In this document: positions 36,953 to 45,678 of the stretch, piece by piece
How positions within the stretch are numbered: the first letter of the stretch is position 1
Layout: each line of letters begins with the position of its first letter
DNA from: a virus
Reading direction: 5' to 3' (one strand)
DNA: 64,000 nucleotides
IMG/VR virus record: IMGVR_UViG_3300035204_001874
Coordinates: 32,001-96,000 of that record
Translations under genes and position numbers: made by a program
The notes under the pieces: generated by a model
The model's database searches: none
What the model saw: the letters and a program-made list of their open reading frames with translations, nothing else
What the model was told of the DNA's origin: nothing

Positions 36953-39112
36953 TTAGCTCCCAAAATAATTTGTGTTGAAAAAGTTTTGCCCATCGAAGAG
37001 GGGCGTGGGCACATAGTAGCCCAAGCCAGTGTTTTGTGAAAAAATGTTCTGGCCTGTTATTAAATACGTTGAGGTAAAAGCGTTCTCCCCCTCTATATAA
37101 AGTTTACTAACCATTGGTTCATCTATGCTGGAGTTTTTAAAATGGACATCAATAAAAAACGATCTTTCACTATCGGGCAAGGTCATGCTTCCGCTGTATT
37201 TTTCCCCATCAATAAACATGTTGTTTTCGCCAAATCTTAGGCCACCTCCACTAAGGTTTACACCTGTTGTTATGTCCCAGTGCTTATCAAATTCATAAAA
37301 ATGACCGCTCTTGTTAAACAAGAATTCTCCAGACGCATTATCTCCCGTTCCCGTTCCAAAAGAGTCATTTACGTGACGGATGAGCCTAACTTCTGGCTTG
37401 TAAATATCGGGATCATAACCTGACCCTGGGTTGGTAATTAGTACACCACTGAATAAATAATCGTTTCCATCCTTTTCGAAAAAAGACAAGCCCGTTAAAG
37501 AGTCGGTTGTGTACTCCCCTAACGCTTGAGCCTCAAAGCCCTCAAAAACATAAGGAGACCTCCTTTTGCCAACATCATACCCAGTTCCTCCTATTAAAGT
37601 ATTGTCCCACGTTGAATCGTTGCTGGAATCGTCGCCTGTTCCTGTCGCCATAAACATCAGTGGCATTTTTGTATAACCAGTTCCTTGGCTTGTAATTTCA
37701 ACACCTGTTACCCTTCTCCAGTCAATAGTGTTGCTTCCGTCTGGAGTATTGTCGGTATGATTTTGTGGTAAATAGTTTTTTATATCTATTTGGAAAGCCT
37801 CAGTTAAAAAATATCCTGACGCACCCGTTCCAAATTCGCCCGTATATCCTGAAAATAAAATTGGTATTTTTTCTGGTGAATCTTTAGTTAGTAGATTATT
37901 CGTATTAAAGGTCGCACCCGTGATTTTACTGTAATCTAAAAACCTTATAGTCGGTAACTCAGAATACCTTCCGCTTCCTGGGTACTTCCCTGAACATTGC
38001 CATATTGGCCTAACGAGATCGTCCCAAGTCTCAAATGTCCAAGTTTGACCAGCACCTTCACAGGCCGCTTCAGTGGTGTGTCCTCCCGCATCACAACTTC
38101 CAGCGGCTTCGCAGGTCGCTTGAGTAGTGTATTGAGTATTAGAGCATTCTTGGCCAGTTATACAGTAATCGTGGCCACTAAAATACGTAAAAAACGAATC
38201 AACGTACACTCCCGTATAGTAAACTCCGCTTTCTGGAGAAACATTTTCCAAGGTAACCTTTAAAGGCTTCTCTTTAAAAACTCCCCTTTCATCGTAAGAT
38301 TCATAAGACAAAGAGTAACTCTCTTTTTGTTCTTCGTACTGTAGCCAATGAAATTTTGCAGCGTTTCCACTTCCAGAAAAATACGGAGCAATTATTGGGT
38401 CTACGTTTTTCCAACTATCAAAATTAGTTAGCGTACCTGCTGATCCAGAAAGCCTCTCTGAATCTACAGCTACCGTTATTGTCCCAATTGTTGTTCTTAG
38501 GTTAAGTATAGAATTCAGAGTATTACTTGAGAAACTCTCTGAGATGTCTTCAAGAGTGAAATCTAGTGCTGAATGCGCTGATACATCTCCCGTAACAAGC
38601 CCACTAAGACTTGGGGATGATTGAGTTTTTGAAAAGTAGCTACCTAGAATTTTAAAATCAATTGCTGAGTTGTTTTCTATTTTCCCGCTAAGAAGTTTGC
38701 CAGCGACAAAGGAAGAGGCAAAACTTATTTTATAATCTATTTTGGGGCAACTTAAAACTACATTTGTTGTAAGAGAGCAATCCGTAGTCTTAGCGAAGAA
38801 TTTTTCTATAGTAAAGGAATTAGGCTGAGTAAGCCCATCCCCAATAGGAGAGTCATCTATAAAATATCTATAAACATTTCCTTTAATATCTCCAGAAATT
38901 CCGATGGAAGAGTTCGGCTCGTATGAATAAACGTAGTTTCCGTTTAGGTCCATCAATTTCCTTCCAGAAAAAAAGAAGCTTGACGTCTTTCCTTCTCCCG
39001 AAAACCCAATCTCCGCTGTACCATTACCGTTAGACAAGGAGAGTCCGTCAAATACAAAACCTAATTGGCTTGTTTTCGGCGTTAAGGCGAAGTTTTCTCC
39101 CTGAAAAACCAT
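36953..39112 (-). CDS. Putative tail/baseplate protein
   Basis: Repeated V.IT..G.GY motifs (VTGVEITSQGTGY, GVLITNPGSGY) typical of phage baseplate/tail proteins; nested Cys module. Start reassigned to ATG 39112. Confidence 0.65.
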   Translation of the reverse strand: MVFQGENFALTPKTSQLGFVFDGLSLSNGNGTAEIGFSGEGKTSSFFFSGRKLMDLNGNYVYSYEPNSSIGISGDIKGNVYRYFIDDSPIGDGLTQPNSFTIEKFFAKTTDCSLTTNVVLSCPKIDYKISFASSFVAGKLLSGKIENNSAIDFKILGSYFSKTQSSPSLSGLVTGDVSAHSALDFTLEDISESFSSNTLNSILNLRTTIGTITVAVDSERLSGSAGTLTNFDSWKNVDPIIAPYFSGSGNAAKFHWLQYEEQKESYSLSYESYDERGVFKEKPLKVTLENVSPESGVYYTGVYVDSFFTYFSGHDYCITGQECSNTQYTTQATCEAAGSCDAGGHTTEAACEGAGQTWTFETWDDLVRPIWQCSGKYPGSGRYSELPTIRFLDYSKITGATFNTNNLLTKDSPEKIPILFSGYTGEFGTGASGYFLTEAFQIDIKNYLPQNHTDNTPDGSNTIDWRRVTGVEITSQGTGYTKMPLMFMATGTGDDSSNDSTWDNTLIGGTGYDVGKRRSPYVFEGFEAQALGEYTTDSLTGLSFFEKDGNDYLFSGVLITNPGSGYDPDIYKPEVRLIRHVNDSFGTGTGDNASGEFLFNKSGHFYEFDKHWDITTGVNLSGGGLRFGENNMFIDGEKYSGSMTLPDSERSFFIDVHFKNSSIDEPMVSKLYIEGENAFTSTYLITGQNIFSQNTGLGYYVPTPLFDGQNFFNTNYFGS

Positions 39113-39113
39113 A

Positions 39114-42100
39114 TTACATAATCCTTGGCCCAATCTTGTTGAGAATAGACTCCATTTCTGGTGGTGCTGGAGGTCTGGTTGCAAATGATAAGTCTGAATT
39201 TAATCCGTCCGCCCCCAGAGAGACCGAATAGCTAGTCAAACCAAATCTTGGGTGAGCAAGCAGTTTAAATTTTGGAAATTCATTTACTGAACCAGCTAAT
39301 TTCATGGTAATTTGCTTCGTTGGCTTAATCACGCTATAATCATCCAAGCCTCTTGCTCCAGCGATTGCGCCACGAGATACGTAATCATGATAGTCTTCAA
39401 CGGTTTTTAGTTCTGATCCGTCAGCGTCAAATATTCTTGTAATAAATGCGTTATTGTGTGGATCAATCATGGATTCCATATCTGGGTCAACAGTATTATT
39501 GATAATCTTTATGCTGGAAGTTGGATTACCGTTTCTATTTAGGGATATGGGCTCTCCATAAATTTCTACTAACTCTGGCCTTCTTTCTTCAATTGAAATT
39601 TTAGCGTTCCAAATGCCGCTGTAACATTGAAAATTCCCAGGGTTGACTGGGCTACCTAAACCGCCTAAGAAAAGCGGGCTTTGAATAACGCCCATGCCAA
39701 ATGCTATTGGTTGCGTCATTGGTTCGGTACCGGGATACCAGCCGTATGGCGCGTACATTTTAAAATTATTTATTGGATAAACAAGATTGTAATCAAAGAC
39801 CGCAGTTGGTAATCTGTCTAAGTCTTCCTCTAGGTCCGCTAGATAATAAAAACCCAAATCATCAGTAGGGGGATACTTAACATTTCGATTCGGATTTCTT
39901 ACTAATCTTATGTTTAAAGCTCTTGAATTGACGTCTCCGGGATGAATAAATGGGCCAAACACAGGGTGAAGCACAGGGAATCCGCCAATAAGATTGCGAT
40001 CAAACCCTTCTTTGTAGACTCCCGTAGGGCTAATGGCGCAACTTCTTGTCGTATCTATTCCAAATGTGTGACCGTAAATGGTAGTGTTACCTTCTTGTTT
40101 TGCTATCGCGTCTTCACAAAATTCAAAATTAATATCATAATCACATCTATCGAAATATTCCTCTTTCGCTTTTCTAAACCCCTCTTGGACCTCCCACTTC
40201 ATCCTTTCAAGTTTTGACATTTTGTTTATAAACCCGTTAGTGCTACGTGGGTGAAAATATATGTTTTCGTGCTTTGTAACATCTGCCACAATCATTACAT
40301 GCATTTTTTTGCATGTCCTTCTGAATTTGCTGTTGATGTCAACTCCAGCGATGGAAATTTCATCAATTAACCTTCCGTTTGCGTATAGGTCTTCAAAGTC
40401 TTCCTCTAAAGCGACCCAAGCTTCGCTAAGATCATCAAAAAATTTAGGTACAAAAGCGTCTAAGTCCCAACTTTGTGTTTTGTAAGGGTACATGTCCTCC
40501 ATGTCTTCTCTAATATTTAGTGAGTTGTTGTATTTGGTACATGCGTTATCCATGAAGACTTCATTGAAGTGTATTTCAAAATCTTCTACGTTAGTTCCCC
40601 ATGGGTTATCCAAATCAGCAAACAGTAAACCTGTTGGTAAAAAGTTACCCGACCTAATTAATACCCCATTAAAGGGGGCGTCAAACGTCTCTAGGCATGT
40701 CGTGCATTGAGCGTACGCTCCCGCAGAAGGAGAAAAAGAATGCTCTAATTTAGGTATAGTTAAACCTCGTAGTTGGTCAAATCCAGCTTCGCCATCTTTG
40801 AATCCGTAAAATTCTCTTGGAAAAAACGGATACCCAGGCAAGGTTCCCTGTATAGCTGCCCCGTGCTTATACATCGAATCCGCACACCTTTGTTCCCAAG
40901 AAACAACGTCTTCGTGTTCTTCGTTTGTATAGTAACCGATAAAAATCTTATAAAATCTTTGATCTAAATTAATGTCTTGGACATCGTTATCGCCTCCTGC
41001 TTGCATAAATTCCGTCATTACGTCAGTCTTGATAACTGGGTCTACCACTTCGGAAATTGGCCAGAAACCAAGAGCCATACAGTTTGCTTCGAAGTCTTTG
41101 CTAATTTCAGCATTCCAAGGTCCACCTCCATGACCATCTACATTTCCGTCAGCGTCATAAATTATTCCCCTTCGTGAAGACATACAATTTTCTACAACTC
41201 TTTGGCCAACATATATGTCTCTAAGTGACCTATTGAATTTCGAAAGAGCGATAGAGTAATCTATGTCCCACAGTTGCCTTTGGGTATACCAAATCCTTTT
41301 TCTTGCTTCGTGCCAAATAGGTATAGCTGGTTCAGCCCACATTCTTGGACCCGTATCTTGGTGAACGTATGGCCTCAAAGCTGAAGTCCAAGGTATTATG
41401 TTTGCGAATCTTTGTTCCGTAAAAAGTTCCCCATACACCGTATGATAATTAGTCATTGAAGTATTTGGAACGGTGAAATCTAAGGGGTGCATTGGCAAAT
41501 ACGGAGTGTATCTCTGTACGTCTTTGCTCTTTTCTCTTTTTTCGAACGGTTTCACGTTACTTGTTATAACTCGTTGAACGTGGGTATTTGCTAAGGAGCT
41601 TGACTCTTTATAAGATATAATTACGGTTTTGCCGTCATCTGTTGCTGCGAATTCTGAACCTGCGACTGTAGTGGGGTCTGCTATATCTTGTATTTGGCTA
41701 AGGTCTGCCCCCTGCTCAAGATCAACGAAACTAATTCTTTCGGCTTCATTATCCCAATAAAAATCTAAAGAGAATGCTCCACACCACTGCTCTAATACTT
41801 CGCGTAACGTTCCGATGTAGGTTTGTCTAAATTTAGGGTTTTTATCAACGTTTCTTGAAATGCCATTAGAGCCGACGTCGGTAGTAGTGTTTATAGACAG
41901 CCCATGAAACTTTAAGCTATAAAGAAGTTCAGTGAAGTTGTAGCTTATATTAGGTAAATCACTGCAAGCTTTGTCAGTAAACTCTTCCGTTCCCAACATT
42001 AGATATCCACCATCAATTGTAAAGCCTGTCGGGTGGCGTGATGCGGGTCCGCCAGCGTTAACTCTTTGTCTAAGATCACGCCAAAATTCTTTTGGAAATA

Positions 42101-43205
42101 AATTCCTCATATTTTCCCATGTCCCTGCGGCATACCAAGTTCCGCCATCGTTTGCACAATCAATAGAATTCCCCGCGACAGCCCCTGAACAGTGATCTTT
42201 TTCGCAAAGGTCTTGGTCTCCGGTAATGCCGGAATCTGGATCACCGCCTCTGCAAAAGTGGTGATTTGAAGGCTCCCAACCTCCTATTAACCCCGCGTTA
42301 GCTAAACGTCTTAGCGGGTGCCAATGTGCGCCAAACGGTATCCCGTTTATTAGGGGATTAGGCATAGGGTAAAGCCCCAAACAATCAACCCAAGGGATAG
42401 CAGAGTTGTAGCAAGCTTTGTCTGTAACAATATCTGGATTTTTAGGGTCGTAATATCTTAAAGAAGATAAATCCGCGACACCTTTTTTGATTTCGTCTAC
42501 GTTATCGCCGTACTTGACGGCGAATGACCCCAAGGCGAGTGATCTAACTACAATTCCTTTTTCTTTATTAAAAAAACTACTTAACTTAGAGCCCCACGGG
42601 CCTAAACCCTCCCCGCCTAACAAATAACAATTTGGACAGTAAGCTTCCATCTCTACTCCTGTCATGCTAAGTTTTATTTCGTCAGAGTTTTTTAAGGGAA
42701 AAGTTGGAAGTCCGGCGGTTCTTCCTTTCGCTGGGCCTTGTCTCTTAATGAGTCCGATATAAATTTTATTTAAAACTAAAGAATAGTCTTTAAATGTCAC
42801 AGCTAAAGTCTTTTGATTAGCCTCTATAGAAATTTCATAATCGTAAAGAAACATCCTTTTTAGCCCCAACCCATGCATATCAATCGTAAAGTAATAACCA
42901 GTTTTTTCTTCACCTAAGTAGTCTACTCCGCCGTTAGCGGTAAGACTTTTCTCTAAGATTTCAGGTTTTATATCGAAAGCTGCGCCAGACTTATTGTAAA
43001 TTTCATCTGAGGAAGCCTCTAATACGATATTAAGGGTTAGCTCGGTAGGTTCTTTGCTGAATCCAAGCTTTAAAGAGCTATTAAATATCCACCCGCCAAA
43101 AGCGTATCCCTTTACCCAATTAGCGTGCTTAAGCAACCCGCTTGCCTTTAGTGCGGGGCTTGGTGTAATTAATATGCCCTGTATGTTTTGGATGAAGTCA
43201 GCCAT
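39114..43205 (-). CDS. Putative tail tip/baseplate hub protein
   Basis: About 1363 aa. GTLREVLEQWCGAFSLDFYWD and a C-terminal beta-rich end resemble hub proteins; lies downstream of the tape measure gene. Confidence 0.55.
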   Translation of the reverse strand: MADFIQNIQGILITPSPALKASGLLKHANWVKGYAFGGWIFNSSLKLGFSKEPTELTLNIVLEASSDEIYNKSGAAFDIKPEILEKSLTANGGVDYLGEEKTGYYFTIDMHGLGLKRMFLYDYEISIEANQKTLAVTFKDYSLVLNKIYIGLIKRQGPAKGRTAGLPTFPLKNSDEIKLSMTGVEMEAYCPNCYLLGGEGLGPWGSKLSSFFNKEKGIVVRSLALGSFAVKYGDNVDEIKKGVADLSSLRYYDPKNPDIVTDKACYNSAIPWVDCLGLYPMPNPLINGIPFGAHWHPLRRLANAGLIGGWEPSNHHFCRGGDPDSGITGDQDLCEKDHCSGAVAGNSIDCANDGGTWYAAGTWENMRNLFPKEFWRDLRQRVNAGGPASRHPTGFTIDGGYLMLGTEEFTDKACSDLPNISYNFTELLYSLKFHGLSINTTTDVGSNGISRNVDKNPKFRQTYIGTLREVLEQWCGAFSLDFYWDNEAERISFVDLEQGADLSQIQDIADPTTVAGSEFAATDDGKTVIISYKESSSLANTHVQRVITSNVKPFEKREKSKDVQRYTPYLPMHPLDFTVPNTSMTNYHTVYGELFTEQRFANIIPWTSALRPYVHQDTGPRMWAEPAIPIWHEARKRIWYTQRQLWDIDYSIALSKFNRSLRDIYVGQRVVENCMSSRRGIIYDADGNVDGHGGGPWNAEISKDFEANCMALGFWPISEVVDPVIKTDVMTEFMQAGGDNDVQDINLDQRFYKIFIGYYTNEEHEDVVSWEQRCADSMYKHGAAIQGTLPGYPFFPREFYGFKDGEAGFDQLRGLTIPKLEHSFSPSAGAYAQCTTCLETFDAPFNGVLIRSGNFLPTGLLFADLDNPWGTNVEDFEIHFNEVFMDNACTKYNNSLNIREDMEDMYPYKTQSWDLDAFVPKFFDDLSEAWVALEEDFEDLYANGRLIDEISIAGVDINSKFRRTCKKMHVMIVADVTKHENIYFHPRSTNGFINKMSKLERMKWEVQEGFRKAKEEYFDRCDYDINFEFCEDAIAKQEGNTTIYGHTFGIDTTRSCAISPTGVYKEGFDRNLIGGFPVLHPVFGPFIHPGDVNSRALNIRLVRNPNRNVKYPPTDDLGFYYLADLEEDLDRLPTAVFDYNLVYPINNFKMYAPYGWYPGTEPMTQPIAFGMGVIQSPLFLGGLGSPVNPGNFQCYSGIWNAKISIEERRPELVEIYGEPISLNRNGNPTSSIKIINNTVDPDMESMIDPHNNAFITRIFDADGSELKTVEDYHDYVSRGAIAGARGLDDYSVIKPTKQITMKLAGSVNEFPKFKLLAHPRFGLTSYSVSLGADGLNSDLSFATRPPAPPEMESILNKIGPRIM

Positions 43206-43207
43206 AA

Positions 43208-45625
43208 TCACTCAATATTTAAAGAATTCGTATCATTATTATAAAATATAAGGGGCGTTTCTTCAAAAATACTGAAGGAATTAGTGAGGCTGCATTCAAG
43301 CCCCCTTCTATAATCGAGCTCTTTTTGTTGCCTAAGACCATTAAGCCAAACTAGCTCAGAAAATCCAGAAATTGGGTCTGATATACCATCAATTGGAGCC
43401 CAAGCTCCACCTGCGGTTACGCAAGCAGATTCAGTTCCATATGTGTTGTTCCAAGTGTTGGTGGGCGTCCAAGTATTGGTGGGTGTCCAAGTTGCGTTAG
43501 CGTTTTCGCAATTTGATTTGTTGTTATAGTTAGTATTGCTACAGGAACCATCGTATTCTAGGCAGGTCGTTTTCGTGGAGTAATTAGTATTGCTACAGCT
43601 ACCGTCAGTTTCGAAACAGGCTACCTCGGTTAAGTGTTGATTGTTACTACAGAAAGGGGCGATAGTGCAATTTTGGATAATCTCTTTAATTATCGAGGGT
43701 TTTTCTCCAGTATTTTGAGGCACGAAACACACTTCGGCGGTAAAAACGTCTTGCGGAACATTAAGGTTATTGACTATGCTGGTTGTCTGGTGACCCCATC
43801 CGGGTAGCCCTTCTCCGAATAATACTAAAGCATCGCCAGTAAACTCTGTCCAAGTTTCGCTTGTCCAAGTCCCAGCGGGGGTTGCTCCTTCGCAAGTTGC
43901 TTTAGTGGTATATTGAGTATCAGAGCAAGTTCCAGCATCTTCGCAATCTGTTTGGATGGAATATTGGCTATCGGAACAATAATCCCCCGTATGAATACCA
44001 GTTATATAACCGTGGTCCACTCCGAATACCAACTTTTGTCCATTTATATATACATCCCTATCGTGAATTGAGGCAAATCCATTTTCTCCCGATATTCCAG
44101 TAATTGTGATGGTGTTGTTTCCTGTTTCTAAAAATTGGGGGCTATCAGGATACCACGTTTGACCAGCACCAACTGCCGCGTTGAATCTGTTTTCCTCCCA
44201 AAGGCCACTAAAATCAATGCATATTGATCTCGCATCAATTAAATCGTAAGTTATGTAAGAGTCTCCAGTTTGAAATCCGCTAAGGAAAAACTCTCCACCT
44301 GTTGGGTGAACAAAGTAATCAAACTCATGAGAGGTGAGGCCCGTAGGGTACGATTTATCTCCAGAGGCTTGATTAAAAGCTCCATGATAATATAGTCTGA
44401 CTTGATTCCCCTGTAGAGATAGTCCTGAACCTGGTATCAGCCCTATGTCGGAACGTAAATCATCAAATGTATGTATTTCTATTTTTTCCCCGCTAATTAG
44501 CCCGTCTCGAAAGTTTAAAAAATATCTACTATATAGCTTTTGTTTTTCTTTATCGTAGTCTATACCACTTGTTATGATGTTGTATCCAGTCGTAAAACCT
44601 GAACCAGTTAGCAGAGCAATTTTTGTCCCAATCTGTATTAGTCCTGTTACTCCAGATTGATATTCTAATGGGAAAGTTCCTACACCCGTAGAAGCGGGAG
44701 TTCCACCGACGAATACGCAATTGCACCCACTGATACTTTCTTCTCCTTGGGAAAGCCCAGTTGCTTTTGTGAAGTAGCCAGTGGCAGTTACATAACCCGT
44801 TATCCCCGTGGTATAAATTGGAGTTTCGATTTTGCCTGTTACATAGGGTGTTGATTCAGTTACCGTTGTCGTTGTCGTGTTAATGCCTTCAGAAAACATG
44901 CAGTCACATTGATTTTTTACATTCCCTCCACCAAAGTCTCCGCTTACCAAGGCTAGGTTACGTATGTGACCTTCGTATCCGGTATATTCCGTATTTTCAT
45001 TACAGTTAAATCCACCGATAAATAAAGCGTTTGAGTCATTAAGTTCGCTTTTGGGCAAGTTCAAAGAATGAATTGAAGCTGAGTGAAGATCGTTATAATA
45101 AATAGATACATTGTTTCTGCCTTGTGTTACTGCTACGACTGAATTTGCATTAACTTCATCAGACAAAGTTTGTATTTGGGCTTGTTGGTTACTGTTATTA
45201 TATTGGATGTATAATCTATTTGATTGATTGATGCCGACGTGAAAACCGGAAGGAGAATCTACAGTTTCCATGGTAGACATCAGAACTCTAGATACGTTAT
45301 TTTCATCCCTGTAATTGCAGAAATCTGGGCTAATGTCCATAACCATTGACCAACCAGAAAACGGGAGAAGAAAACCAACTCTAACCACGTCTTCTCCAGC
45401 GAAATATCCTTCTCCAGTAATGGGCCAATTAGTTTTTCCTACTGACAGTCCAAAAAGTTTATCAATATCGAGATTAGAGCCAACAAAATGATCAGCTACG
45501 CTGTATACTTGATTATAAATGTAGTCATTCTCTCCGCTGTTAAACCCTAAAAACGACTTTACGTTTCCGGTCTCTTCGGAGACCAGTCTTAAGCAATCTA
45601 AATAATCTGAAAATTTAACTGACAT
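43208..45625 (-). CDS. Putative tail protein with LamG/ConA-like lectin domain
   Basis: WSM...FHVGINQSNRLY...LFIGG...YEGHIRNL LamG-like pattern; TG-rich repeats; VYINGQKL and VWLNGLRQ motifs; two nested Cys blocks. Confidence 0.65.
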   Translation of the reverse strand: MSVKFSDYLDCLRLVSEETGNVKSFLGFNSGENDYIYNQVYSVADHFVGSNLDIDKLFGLSVGKTNWPITGEGYFAGEDVVRVGFLLPFSGWSMVMDISPDFCNYRDENNVSRVLMSTMETVDSPSGFHVGINQSNRLYIQYNNSNQQAQIQTLSDEVNANSVVAVTQGRNNVSIYYNDLHSASIHSLNLPKSELNDSNALFIGGFNCNENTEYTGYEGHIRNLALVSGDFGGGNVKNQCDCMFSEGINTTTTTVTESTPYVTGKIETPIYTTGITGYVTATGYFTKATGLSQGEESISGCNCVFVGGTPASTGVGTFPLEYQSGVTGLIQIGTKIALLTGSGFTTGYNIITSGIDYDKEKQKLYSRYFLNFRDGLISGEKIEIHTFDDLRSDIGLIPGSGLSLQGNQVRLYYHGAFNQASGDKSYPTGLTSHEFDYFVHPTGGEFFLSGFQTGDSYITYDLIDARSICIDFSGLWEENRFNAAVGAGQTWYPDSPQFLETGNNTITITGISGENGFASIHDRDVYINGQKLVFGVDHGYITGIHTGDYCSDSQYSIQTDCEDAGTCSDTQYTTKATCEGATPAGTWTSETWTEFTGDALVLFGEGLPGWGHQTTSIVNNLNVPQDVFTAEVCFVPQNTGEKPSIIKEIIQNCTIAPFCSNNQHLTEVACFETDGSCSNTNYSTKTTCLEYDGSCSNTNYNNKSNCENANATWTPTNTWTPTNTWNNTYGTESACVTAGGAWAPIDGISDPISGFSELVWLNGLRQQKELDYRRGLECSLTNSFSIFEETPLIFYNNDTNSLNIE

Positions 45626-45678
45626 ATTTACCATCCAAACTTATAACCTGGGTCTCTTAATTTAACTGACATATTTAC
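45612..45678. repeat. 20-bp direct repeat spanning a gene junction
   Basis: AATTTAACTGACATATTTAC at 45612-45631 and 45659-45678. Confidence 0.9.

Noticed and set aside
43400-43978. Diversity-generating retroelement template/variable repeats
   Set aside because: No reverse transcriptase in the window, and differences between copies are not adenine-specific.
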